Positions 9,536 through 19,166 of a stretch of DNA of 64,000 nt are shown in pieces; the first letter of the stretch is position 1, and each line of letters starts with the position of its first letter. A model generated the notes under the pieces. It made no database searches. It saw only the letters and a list, made by a program, of their open reading frames with translations, and was not told the origin of the DNA. The stretch spans positions 700,128 through 764,127 of the forward strand of contig CP070632.1 of assembly GCA_020356065.1 (NCBI GenBank), written 5' to 3'. This stretch comes from Nitrospiraceae bacterium. Its GTDB lineage: Bacteria > Nitrospirota > Thermodesulfovibrionia > UBA6902. Made by a program: the position numbers and the translations under genes.

Positions 9536-10339
9536 TTACCTGATGATGAGCCCTGCATATCCGACAACATATTCAAAGTCACCACTCACTTCTCCTGAAG
9601 TCATGTATTTTATAAGCTTTGACTCGCGGGCCCCGAGTAAACGTGCCGCATACAGCATGGAAGTAACAGGAATAACGCCGCACATTGTTATTGCTTCCTC
9701 CCGTACCGTTTGATAGAGACCCTCAGGGTCCAGGGCCAGAATTTTATCGACCGCTTTTTTATCCATTGTCCTGGCATGAGAATCACTGACATAGTGACTC
9801 ATGTCTGAACTGGCTATAATTGTCACAGCATAACCTGCGTTTTTAACCGTATCGGCTATAGCTCTCCCTAGATCTGAGCAAACCTGTAAGGAGTCGGTCA
9901 TCATGACAATAGGCACTATATGTACGGACGATGAAAAATGCAATATAAACGGAAGCTGAACTTCCAGAGAATGCTCCATTACATGTGCACGGCTGTCTTC
10001 TGTCAGAACATGGGTACATTTCATCAGATAAGCGGCAAGAGACTCATCGATAGCAATTTCACCGTTAGGTAACTGCCACTGGCCAGATGTCATTACAGAG
10101 ACGGGCGCTCCTGCACCCGTATGGTTAGGTCCAAGCAGGATAAACGTATGGGGCATCGTGATCCTTGAGTAAACAGAGCCCGCCACTTCACCCGAGTACA
10201 TAAGCCCCGCATGCGGCGATACAATGCCTATGGAATGGACCCTGGATGATTCTTTCGTTATATACTGGTTTACCTGATCTTCAAGCCCGGAAGGTGATGC
10301 CTGATAGAACTGACCGGCCACAGCGGGTTTGCGTTTCAT
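9536..10339 (-). CDS. MEMO1-family protein (AmmeMemoRadiSam system protein B-like)
   Basis: QFYQASPSGLEDQV…VSPHAGLMYSGEVAGSVY…LGPNHTG… is typical of the MEMO1/AmmeMemoSam_B dioxygenase-like fold. Confidence 0.8.
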   Translation of the reverse strand: MKRKPAVAGQFYQASPSGLEDQVNQYITKESSRVHSIGIVSPHAGLMYSGEVAGSVYSRITMPHTFILLGPNHTGAGAPVSVMTSGQWQLPNGEIAIDESLAAYLMKCTHVLTEDSRAHVMEHSLEVQLPFILHFSSSVHIVPIVMMTDSLQVCSDLGRAIADTVKNAGYAVTIIASSDMSHYVSDSHARTMDKKAVDKILALDPEGLYQTVREEAITMCGVIPVTSMLYAARLLGARESKLIKYMTSGEVSGDFEYVVGYAGLIIR

Positions 10340-10406
10340 ACTATTTTCCCCTTGATGGGTAATGGTGCTGTACGTTAATTATATCATCCGGATTGATATA
10401 AGCAAG

Positions 10407-11804
10407 TCAATATTCGCTGTAATCATGCTCAGCAAGATTCTTGAATTTGGTATATTTTTCCATAAATGCAAGGTCAATGACTTTGGTGGGACCGTTTCTT
10501 TGTTTGGCAATATCCAGCTCTGCTATCCCTTTTTTTTGTGATTCGTGCTTTTTGTAATATTCATCCCTGTACAGAAAAAGGATTATGTCAGCATCCTGTT
10601 CAATTGCTCCGGATTCTCTCAGGTCGGCGATGATGGGATTCTTCTTTTCCCCTCTGAGCTCACAGCTCCTGTTTAATTGACTGATAACAATTACAGGAAC
10701 AGACAGATCCTTTGCAAGAGCTTTTAAAGAACGCGATATTTCAGAAATAACCTGCTCCCTGGCAATAGCAGCCCCTACCCCGCTCATCAACTGGAGGTAA
10801 TCGATTACTATGAGTTTCAGTCCATGTTCTGCTTTAAGCCTCCTGGATTTTGCCCTGATGTCCAGAACCGTGTTAAATGAATCGTCAATATATATTGGGG
10901 CCTCAGAGAGCTTCCCCGCTGCATTTACGAGTTTTCGGTAATCTTCTTTGCTGTGATATCCGGACCGGACAGCCTTGGAATCAACTTCAGCCTCGGAACA
11001 GAGCATCCTCAGGACAAGTTGCTCCTTGGTCATCTCAAGGCTGAATATGGCTATCGGATTTTTTTCGACACAAGCAGCATAGGAAACAAGGTTTAGACAA
11101 AAAGCTGTTTTTCCCATGCCAGGTCTTGCACCCACAACAATAAGATCACCCGGGTGAAAACCTGTTGTTGCTTCATCAAGGTCATGAAAACCGGTTGGCA
11201 GGCCGGTGATCATCTCTTTCTTATCAAAGAGCCTGTCAACGAGTTCTATGGTGTCCTTTACAACTTTTTTTACATGTACATATGACTGCTTCACCATTCT
11301 TTCTGTTATGTTGAATATTCTGGTCTCAGCTAAATCAAGCAGCTCATGCACATCCCGCTCAGAATCATAACCCTCAGTAACGATATCTGTTGCAGTTGAT
11401 ATGAGATTTCTCAGTATGGCTTTTTCCCTGACAATTTTAGAGTGGTATTTTGCGTTGGCAGCCGTTGGTACCAGACTTGCTATGTTGCTGAGGTAGGACG
11501 CACCTCCAACTGCTTCAAGCTGTTCTTTTTTACTAAGCTGCTCGGTAAGAGTGATAAGGTCTATGGGCTCGTTCTTTTCATAGAGTTCGAGCATGGCAAG
11601 AAACATCTTTTTGTGGGCTTCCTTATAGAAATCATCGGCAGAGAGCGTTTCTATGACCGTGCTTATTGCATCATTTTCCAGAAGTACGGCTCCAAGTACA
11701 GACTGCTCAGCCTCTATGTTCTGGGGCGGCAGACGGTCAACTGTGGACAGCGATGGTTTGGATCCGCCGGCTGATCCACTTTTATTGCGGACAGGCTCTA
11801 GCAT
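10407..11804 (-). CDS. dnaB: replicative DNA helicase DnaB
   Basis: It has the N-terminal DnaB domain (NIEAEQSVLGAVLL), Walker A GARPGMGKT, the RecA-like core and arginine finger. It sits in the conserved rplI-dnaB arrangement. Confidence 0.95.
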   Translation of the reverse strand: MLEPVRNKSGSAGGSKPSLSTVDRLPPQNIEAEQSVLGAVLLENDAISTVIETLSADDFYKEAHKKMFLAMLELYEKNEPIDLITLTEQLSKKEQLEAVGGASYLSNIASLVPTAANAKYHSKIVREKAILRNLISTATDIVTEGYDSERDVHELLDLAETRIFNITERMVKQSYVHVKKVVKDTIELVDRLFDKKEMITGLPTGFHDLDEATTGFHPGDLIVVGARPGMGKTAFCLNLVSYAACVEKNPIAIFSLEMTKEQLVLRMLCSEAEVDSKAVRSGYHSKEDYRKLVNAAGKLSEAPIYIDDSFNTVLDIRAKSRRLKAEHGLKLIVIDYLQLMSGVGAAIAREQVISEISRSLKALAKDLSVPVIVISQLNRSCELRGEKKNPIIADLRESGAIEQDADIILFLYRDEYYKKHESQKKGIAELDIAKQRNGPTKVIDLAFMEKYTKFKNLAEHDYSEY

Positions 11805-11810
11805 CTGAAG

Positions 11811-12275
11811 TTACTCCTCAGTATCTTCCGAACCGGCTTTCCTTACCTCAAGCTTTACATGAGCACTCACATCCTGATGAACCTTGACCGCCACCTCATA
11901 AGAGCCCAGTCGTTTGATGGGTTCCTCAAGAATGATCCTGCGTTTGTCTACGTCAATCCCGTGTTTCGCTATCTCTTCAGCTATATCTTTGCTCGTTACT
12001 GATCCGAACAGCTTGTCTTCCTCACCGCTCTGAGCCTCAATGAAAATTGACAGTTTAGATAAGTCCTCTGCAGCATCTTCAGCAGATTTCCTGATTTTCT
12101 TAGCCTTGGCCAGAATGATGTTCTTTTCATGTTCAAGCTTTTTTATATTTTTTGGATTAGCTTCTACAGCAAGATTCTTTGGAATGAGATAATTCCTTCC
12201 ATACCCATTGGCCACATCTATTACCGTACCCATGTTCCCGAGGTCTTTAACATCTTCTTTTAATATAACCTTCAT
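11811..12275 (-). CDS. rplI: 50S ribosomal protein L9
   Basis: MKVILKEDVKDLGNMGTVIDVANGYGRNYLIPKNLA… is the bL9 family. Confidence 0.95.
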   Translation of the reverse strand: MKVILKEDVKDLGNMGTVIDVANGYGRNYLIPKNLAVEANPKNIKKLEHEKNIILAKAKKIRKSAEDAAEDLSKLSIFIEAQSGEEDKLFGSVTSKDIAEEIAKHGIDVDKRRIILEEPIKRLGSYEVAVKVHQDVSAHVKLEVRKAGSEDTEE

Positions 12276-12534
12276 GTGAAAATCTCCTGTTCTCTAAATA
12301 ATTATTTTCAGAATGTTGCTCGAACTAATCAGCTAGTTTAGCTTAACAACGTATAAAATTAAAAGGACTCTTCAAACAGTTTTCTCCTCACTGTTTATGC
12401 AAACAGAAAAATGCAGGCTAAAGTTTACATCACCTTATTAGCTCAGGTTATTTCTCGAAAATATATAAAAAGCCTATATATATTCAGTATTAAAACGAAA
12501 TATTACACGTGCGATATGTATGCGCATCATACTT

Positions 12535-13908
12535 TTAATCAGGAAAAATTTTTCCCGGATTCATAATGCCTTTGGGATCAAATACTCTTTTGACCTCCTT
12601 CATCAGTTTTATGCTGACTTCCGACAGCTCCATGTCAATAAATTCCTTTTTGGTAAGGCCGATGCCATGTTCTCCTGAAATAGTGCCTTCCAGTTTCACG
12701 GTTGATTCAAATATGTCCCTCACTGCCATCTTTGCCCTTTCATATTCTTCCTCATCATCCCTGTCAGTCATAATGTTGACATGGATATTTCCATCTCCGG
12801 CATGACCGAAATTAGCTATTGTTAAATTATATTCCTCAGATATTTTTTTTAGCTCGACAAACATTTCAGGCACCCTGCCCCTTGGCACAACAATGTCTTC
12901 ATTAATTTTTGTCGGCTTGATATTGTACAGGGCCTGGGATATGGACCTCCTTGCCTCCCATATGTGATTTCTGGAATATATGTCATCTGCTACACTGACC
13001 GTGCCGTTATTGGAGGAACATATATCAGCAATTTTTTCAGCATCAATTGACACAGCTGAATGTGAACCGTCCACCTCGATCAGAAGCAATCCATCGGCAT
13101 CTTCAGGCAGACCGTATTTTTTATAACTCTCTATTGCCCGGATAGACTCATGGTCCATAATTTCAAGGGTTCTTGGTATTATTGACGATGATGTTATGCT
13201 GCTTACTGTGCGGGCAGCATCAGCAAGTTTTGAAAAAGTGCAGAGCAGGGTTGTTATTTCTTCCGGCAGGGGCATCACTTTTAAAAATATCTTTGTAATG
13301 ACGCCGAGCGTGCCTTCTGACCCAACCATGAGTCTGGTCAGGTCGTATCCCACCACGTCCTTATAATTCTTCCCGCCCGTGTTCAGGACCCTTCCATGAG
13401 GCAGCACGGTTTCCAGACCCAACACATAGTCCCTGGTAACGCCGTACTTCACCGCCCTTGGCCCGCCCGCGTTTTCAGCAACATTTCCCCCTAATGTGCA
13501 AAACTTCATGCTTGCCGGATCAGGCGGGTAAAAAAGCCTTTTTTCCTCAAGCTGTTCCTGAAGATGCGCATTAATAACGCCCGGCTCGACACACGCGATC
13601 ATGTTTTTTTCATCGATATCAAGAATTCTGTTCATCCCTTCAAGTGAGACAATAATGGAATTTTTCAGCGGCACAGATCCCCCGGTCATGCCTGTGCCTG
13701 CCCCTCTTGGTATGATCGGACGGTTATTGTCAAACGCATATGCATTAACTTTAGATACGTCCTCTGTTACAGCAGGTTTTACTACTGCCAAAGGCATTCC
13801 CTCCCGTGAGGACGCATCAAAGCCGTAACATACAAGGTCTTCCCTGTCGGTCAATACCCTGCCGGGGAGCATGTTGTCTAACTTGTTATTAAACAGTCCA
13901 AAAGGCAT
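12535..13908 (-). CDS. FAD-linked oxidase (GlcD / D-lactate dehydrogenase family)
   Basis: It has an FAD_binding_4 N-domain (…IIPRGAGTGMTGGSVP…) and an FAD-oxidase C-domain. No adjacent GlcF-like Fe-S subunit is present. Confidence 0.8.
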   Translation of the reverse strand: MPFGLFNNKLDNMLPGRVLTDREDLVCYGFDASSREGMPLAVVKPAVTEDVSKVNAYAFDNNRPIIPRGAGTGMTGGSVPLKNSIIVSLEGMNRILDIDEKNMIACVEPGVINAHLQEQLEEKRLFYPPDPASMKFCTLGGNVAENAGGPRAVKYGVTRDYVLGLETVLPHGRVLNTGGKNYKDVVGYDLTRLMVGSEGTLGVITKIFLKVMPLPEEITTLLCTFSKLADAARTVSSITSSSIIPRTLEIMDHESIRAIESYKKYGLPEDADGLLLIEVDGSHSAVSIDAEKIADICSSNNGTVSVADDIYSRNHIWEARRSISQALYNIKPTKINEDIVVPRGRVPEMFVELKKISEEYNLTIANFGHAGDGNIHVNIMTDRDDEEEYERAKMAVRDIFESTVKLEGTISGEHGIGLTKKEFIDMELSEVSIKLMKEVKRVFDPKGIMNPGKIFPD

Positions 13909-14241
13909 TACGCTTTAATTATACTACCGTGATACATATATTTAAACGGTTGGATGAAAAGGATTATGATCAACCAGGATGACCAGACATTCTTTAAGCT
14001 TATTCAATAATAAAGTCACTGATGATAACCATGCCATCGCTTACCATTACATTACCATTAATTGTTGTTGTTCCTGTAATGGCAGTATAATCAGAGTCTT
14101 ACCTGCCTTGAAGAACTACAGCGATGGACCGGTTAAAAACGATGTCTTCTCAAATACAAAGCAGCACTTGTGTGATCCATCAATTGTGATAATCCATTTA
14201 ACAGAGAATTGGCTTGACTTAAGAAAGATGCTCGACTAAAT

Positions 14242-14772
14242 TCAGACAGTTAACTTCATATTGATTATATCTATAATCTCATTCAGTTCATTATCGTTTA
14301 AATTCAAGCTGATACGTGACCTTTTTTCATCAATTTTCTTGCTTATCATGTGAACAAGCTCTGGTATATCCTCTTCACTTAGACTGGTTTTCCTCAGAGT
14401 TTTGCCCTCTCCCCTGTATTGATAAATCTGCTCCAAGAGGTTTTCCATATCATGTATTCCCAGTTTAAGCCTGAAAGATTTTAATGCGGCGGTACCGATA
14501 CAGATGCAATTTTCCTCTACTGAATAGATAAACGCCCATGAGTCAATTTCCTTGATGAGTATTTCTTTACCATATGGGTTTGATTCGGTACGGGCCAGTT
14601 TTTTCAGCACTTTTTCCTTTATACTTTCTTTAGTCATTCCTGCTGAGTCGGCATCTACTGTTTCTGAAAAAGCATCATCGGCATGATACCCGCATACGCA
14701 GGTCTTGTTGTCTATATAATCACGGCTTCCACAGGAAGGACATTTTGATATCATTGTTACCTCCTGGTTCAT
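14242..14772 (-). CDS. hypothetical protein with N-terminal zinc-ribbon (CPSCGS…CVCG)
   Basis: The ORF sits immediately downstream of smc on the same strand. I recognise no family. It has a Cys4 ribbon at the N-terminus and a charged helical C-terminus. Confidence 0.45.
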   Translation of the reverse strand: MNQEVTMISKCPSCGSRDYIDNKTCVCGYHADDAFSETVDADSAGMTKESIKEKVLKKLARTESNPYGKEILIKEIDSWAFIYSVEENCICIGTAALKSFRLKLGIHDMENLLEQIYQYRGEGKTLRKTSLSEEDIPELVHMISKKIDEKRSRISLNLNDNELNEIIDIINMKLTV

Positions 14773-14947
14773 GTCTTTACATTCATGTTATTACTTCAAT
14801 ACGGACTATTACCGTGATTCAGATTACATATTAATTGCAGGATATCGTGCGCTATATCCTGGAAGACAATAAGTACGCATTTATTGCTGGAACTTGCATG
14901 ACTTGTGTATATTGGCAGCTTATCCTTGTATGTCTGGATAGATAGTC

Positions 14948-17900
14948 CTATGAAGTGCTGACAGGTGCATCAGCCAAATGCATGGAAACGACTTTGGATG
15001 AGCCGGGCTCTTCCATTGTTATGCCGTAAATATAATCAGCCGCCTCCATGGTGCGCCTGTTGTGTGTAATGGTGATAAACTGAATGCTTTTTGCAAGTTC
15101 ACGCAGTAAATAGATAAACCGGTCTGTGTTCGACTCGTCAAGAGGGGCGTCAACCTCATCAAGCAGGCAGAGCGGTGTGGGTTTTATCATAAAACCTGCA
15201 AACAGCAGTGAAAGCGCGGTCAGGGCCTTTTCGCCGCCAGAAAGCAGCATCATGTTCTGTAACCTTTTGCCGGGAGGCTGGGCAACGATTTCTATACCTG
15301 CATCAAGGATGCTCCCTTCTGTAAGCTGTAGCTCTGCCCTTCCCTTTCCAAACAGCATGGTAAACACTTCCTTGAATTTTTCGTTTAACAATTCAAACGC
15401 TTCTTCCAGTCTGCTTTTTGTTGTCCTGTTGATTTTCTGAATTGTGCTTTCAAGGTCTGCAATTGAATCCGTAAGATCATCACGCTGTTTTGTCAAAAAA
15501 TCATACCTGGACTTTAACTCCTCATATTCATCAAGAGTCCCCATGCTTACCGGTCCGATTGATATAAGTTTTTCCTTAAGCTGGGGTAATTTTCTCTCTT
15601 CCTCAGCATCTACTTCCACAGGTATCTCTGCAGTCTCCAGCTCTATCTGATAGGTTTTATGAATGTCATCCACCAGGTAGTTAAGCTTCATTGACTGTTC
15701 CATCTTTTTCATCTCGACCTTGGCCAGTTCACTTCTAGCTGCTTCGAGTTCAGCGGCGAGTTCCTTTGCCTGTTTTTCGATTATTGCCAGCTCTGCAGTC
15801 TTTGATTCAAGAACTTCATTTACCTGTGCAGCCTCTGTTCTCAGCTCCCCTGATTTAAATATTTTCGTCTTTAACGTGTTTTCCTTCTCAATAATTTCAT
15901 TTTCTTTCCGGTGTATCGTATCTTCTATAGTCAACCGTTCATTGTGCATCTCCTTTTTTTTCCGGTCAATCTCGGCGATGGCCTGTTGTAACCGGCCTAT
16001 TTCTTTTTTCACAGAGGACATCTTCTCACTGGAAGCCGCGAGGTTAAGCTGTATTTCGGTCAGACCTGATCTCATGGTTTCGAGCGATGCTCTTTTTTCT
16101 GAAATGCTGTTGCGGGCAGTCATGATATTCTCTTCTATTCGCTGCTTTTCTTCTGCAAGGGACACGCTCAATGATTCTTTCTCCTTGAGACCGGTTTCCA
16201 GTATGTCCCTTTCCCTGTGGTCATCTGATATCTCATGAAAGATGAATTCATATTTCTTTTTCAGACGGGAATTTTCTTCCTGAAGGTTTTCTGTTTTGAT
16301 CTTAAGTTCGTGGCAGTACTTTTCATGGCCTGATATTTTTCCGTCAAATGATACTATTTCATTCTCCATACGGAGTATGTCTTCTTTCAGCGCCGTAACA
16401 GATTTTTCATTTTCTCCGATCATTTCCCTTTTTGATGTAATAGCTGTTTCAAGTTCCTTGATCATGCGCTTGATTTTCAATACGCCCCTGTCACTTCCGC
16501 CAAAAACCATGCCGCACGGTTCCAAAACCTCCCCCTCAAGGGTCACAAAACAGGGTGGCTTATGATCGGATTGATTCCCGGATCTCTCCAGAAGAGATAT
16601 TGCCGTACTCAGAGTGTCCACCAGAATGACATCATTCAGTAATGCCGAGGCTATCTTTTCATATGCTTCGCTCACCCTTGTAAACTTCGTTATAGCACCG
16701 ATTACACCACTGCCGCTGAGTTCATTGGATAAGGGACCCTGCGAAGATAACCTGCATGAGGGACTGATCGTTATAAAACCGCTTCTCCTGGTATTTTGCT
16801 CCTTCATGAGACTGAGGGCCTTTATGACTTCCTGGTGGTCTTCAACAACAGCTGCACGCAGTTTGTCACCAAGCACGGCTTCCAGTGCCGTCTCATATTC
16901 TTTTGGCGTTTCAAATATGTCAGCCACCCGGCACAGCGTCCTTATACTATCATCAAGGGTTTTCATCTGGTCCTTGTCCATTTCCTGCATCGACTCAAGC
17001 CGAGAGTTCATGGCAGCCAGATCTTCCCTTGCCCGGTAAAGTGATTCCTCACTTGATGACAGTTTTATCCGCTTTGCCTGAAGATCACCTGCAACATCAT
17101 CCCTACCCTTTTTTAAGTCAGCAAGTTCAGTCTCAGCCTTTGCATAGTCATGCTTTGTCTGATCAACATCCGAGTTTAAAGATGACAGATTATTATTTAA
17201 TGTGCTTATGTCAAGAGAATTTTTTGCAGCCTTGCGTATAATATTTTCTATGCTGATAGAAAGCTGGGTCATCTCGTTTTTAATATTGCTTATCTCCTCG
17301 GCCTTCAGGAACAGACTCTTTCTCAGGTCTTCTATGGCACTCTCCGAGGCGGTTATTTCGTTCTCTGACGCAGTGAAAACAGACTTTCTCTCATTAAGAA
17401 TTTCCTGCAGATTGGATAGTTCACTTCCTATCTCTTTTTCCTCAGCGCTGATCTTTTCCAATGACAGAGTATTGGCATCTTTCTCTGTATCAAGCTCCCT
17501 GTCCTGTCTTGCCAATGAATCGTGACGCTCTCTCAGGTTCTCACAGTCGCTCTTCAAAAGAGCAATTTTACCTTCATCTTCCATAACTTCCTTTTCAAGC
17601 TCATAAAGCCCGTGTCTCATCCCTGCAAGGAGCTTTTCCTGTTCAATGCAGAGCCTCTTTTTTTCTTCAATCATTGAATCAGTTGCATGAACACTGGCAG
17701 AAATTTCCGCTTCCCTGGATTTGAATGTATTCTCGGAACTGGTAAGATGTGCTATCTCATCTTTCATTTCATTGAAGTCCCGTTTGGCAATTCGTATTTC
17801 TATATCTTTAATGTTTTCAAACAGTTTTTTATATCTTTCGGCTTTTCTGGCATGCCTGTCAATTGAATTTATCTGTCTCTTTATCTCTGCAACGATGTCC

Positions 17901-18499
17901 TGCAGTCTCTGCAGATTTGACTTTGATGATTCCAGTTTGTTAATCGCTTCCTGCTTTCTCACCTTATATTTCATTACTCCTGCTACTTCCTCAATGAGAA
18001 ATCTGCGGTCCAAAGGCTTGGAATTTACAATATCACCAATTCGGCCCTGTTCCAGAATAGAGTATGCTTTCAGTTCAAGTCCCGTATCAAGGAACATGCT
18101 TTTTATATCTTTGAGCCTGCACGGGACCTTGTTCATCAGGTAATCACTTTCTCCGGACCGGTACAGCCTTCGCGTAACCGAAATTTCGGTCATCTTCTTT
18201 TTATCGACACTGTCGGAACCATTTGAATCCTCATTGATAATATCAGACAGGATCAGTGTCACTTCAGCCATGCCCTTTGTTTTCTGTGTTGCAGATCCCG
18301 CAAATATCACATCTTCCATGCTCCCGCCCCGCAGACTCTTGGCACTCTGCTCCCCAAGCACCCATTTAAAAGCATCAACGATATTACTCTTTCCGCAACC
18401 GTTCGGGCCGACAATTGCTGTCGTGCCCGGATGAAACTTGAAAACAGTTTTACTGGCAAATGATTTAAAACCGACCATTTCAATTCTTTCAATGCGCAT
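14948..18499 (-). CDS. smc: chromosome segregation protein SMC
   Basis: It has an N-terminal Walker A (GPNGCGKSNIVDA), long coiled coils, a hinge, and a C-terminal signature/Walker B (…LSGGEKALTALSLLFA…LDEVDAPLD); 1183 aa. Confidence 0.95.
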   Translation of the reverse strand: MRIERIEMVGFKSFASKTVFKFHPGTTAIVGPNGCGKSNIVDAFKWVLGEQSAKSLRGGSMEDVIFAGSATQKTKGMAEVTLILSDIINEDSNGSDSVDKKKMTEISVTRRLYRSGESDYLMNKVPCRLKDIKSMFLDTGLELKAYSILEQGRIGDIVNSKPLDRRFLIEEVAGVMKYKVRKQEAINKLESSKSNLQRLQDIVAEIKRQINSIDRHARKAERYKKLFENIKDIEIRIAKRDFNEMKDEIAHLTSSENTFKSREAEISASVHATDSMIEEKKRLCIEQEKLLAGMRHGLYELEKEVMEDEGKIALLKSDCENLRERHDSLARQDRELDTEKDANTLSLEKISAEEKEIGSELSNLQEILNERKSVFTASENEITASESAIEDLRKSLFLKAEEISNIKNEMTQLSISIENIIRKAAKNSLDISTLNNNLSSLNSDVDQTKHDYAKAETELADLKKGRDDVAGDLQAKRIKLSSSEESLYRAREDLAAMNSRLESMQEMDKDQMKTLDDSIRTLCRVADIFETPKEYETALEAVLGDKLRAAVVEDHQEVIKALSLMKEQNTRRSGFITISPSCRLSSQGPLSNELSGSGVIGAITKFTRVSEAYEKIASALLNDVILVDTLSTAISLLERSGNQSDHKPPCFVTLEGEVLEPCGMVFGGSDRGVLKIKRMIKELETAITSKREMIGENEKSVTALKEDILRMENEIVSFDGKISGHEKYCHELKIKTENLQEENSRLKKKYEFIFHEISDDHRERDILETGLKEKESLSVSLAEEKQRIEENIMTARNSISEKRASLETMRSGLTEIQLNLAASSEKMSSVKKEIGRLQQAIAEIDRKKKEMHNERLTIEDTIHRKENEIIEKENTLKTKIFKSGELRTEAAQVNEVLESKTAELAIIEKQAKELAAELEAARSELAKVEMKKMEQSMKLNYLVDDIHKTYQIELETAEIPVEVDAEEERKLPQLKEKLISIGPVSMGTLDEYEELKSRYDFLTKQRDDLTDSIADLESTIQKINRTTKSRLEEAFELLNEKFKEVFTMLFGKGRAELQLTEGSILDAGIEIVAQPPGKRLQNMMLLSGGEKALTALSLLFAGFMIKPTPLCLLDEVDAPLDESNTDRFIYLLRELAKSIQFITITHNRRTMEAADYIYGITMEEPGSSKVVSMHLADAPVSTS

Positions 18500-18950
18500 A
18501 TAAGTGTTCCTTTTATCTGAGATTAAACATCAAACAACATACAAACAGAACAGCTACTTCAACAAATTCAATTGAACGATCAGCACAACTAAATATAGTG
18601 ATATTGTTAAAATAAACACCCATATAGTGTGTTTTCATTCCAGATAATATATACGATAAGGCCATTTCTATCAAGCAGAATTTTCATTTTGTCAGAACCG
18701 GATTATTTTCATTGCATTATTAAGGAGTTAAGGATGAACTCGCGCTGACAACTGCGATAATGATCAATGAAAGCAGATTTTCTCAATCACGTCAGATATG
18801 AGATACACAATGTGTTGAAATGTAATTGTCGATTTGCGCTGATATAGTTTTTTCAACAATTTTGATTTAAGAAATCGGAAAGATAATCAGAGACTTTAAG
18901 AGGTATGGGATATCAAACTGCAATATATTACTCAATTTCAAATAAAGTCA

Positions 18951-19043
18951 TTATTTTCTTCTCTGGTGTTTGGTTCTCTTAAGAAGTTTTCTGTGTTTAT
19001 GCTTACTCATTTTCTTCTTGCGCCACTTTACGACATTTCCCAT
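18951..19043 (-). CDS. unannotated 30-aa ORF resembling ribosomal protein bS22 (mitochondrial mS38/AURKAIP1-like)
   Basis: Translation is MGNVVKWRKKKMSKHKHRKLLKRTKHQRRK*. It is preceded by AGGAGG with a 7-nt spacer. It is missing from the ORF track because it is under 60 aa. Confidence 0.6.
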   Translation of the reverse strand: MGNVVKWRKKKMSKHKHRKLLKRTKHQRRK

Positions 19044-19166
19044 TCAATCACCTCCTGATTATTATTTTATATGTATCTCGAATGAATCGATGAGCTTTTT
19101 AGAAAACAGGTATATATTCTGCAATAATGCGAATATTTTTTCCACTTTCGCATTTACATGCATGAA

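Noticed and set aside
13979-14239. 86-aa plus-strand ORF in the glcD-to-smc-neighbour gap
   Set aside because: It has no SD and an odd composition (…NCCCSCNGS…). It sits between two convergent or unrelated minus-strand genes. It is probably spurious.
15126-18143. Series of plus-strand ORFs (104-172 aa, Ser/Phe/Ile-rich) inside the smc gene
   Set aside because: They lie antisense to a long coiled-coil gene. Low-complexity translations with no SD sequences are the typical mirror artefact of Glu/Lys/Leu-rich coding on the other strand.
18500-18950. Structured RNA (RNase P, tmRNA, SRP, 6S) in the large smc-upstream gap
   Set aside because: I saw no GGAAAGUCCGGGC, tmRNA tag-reading-frame or SRP domain-IV motifs. 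Only the bS22-like micro-ORF is supportable there.
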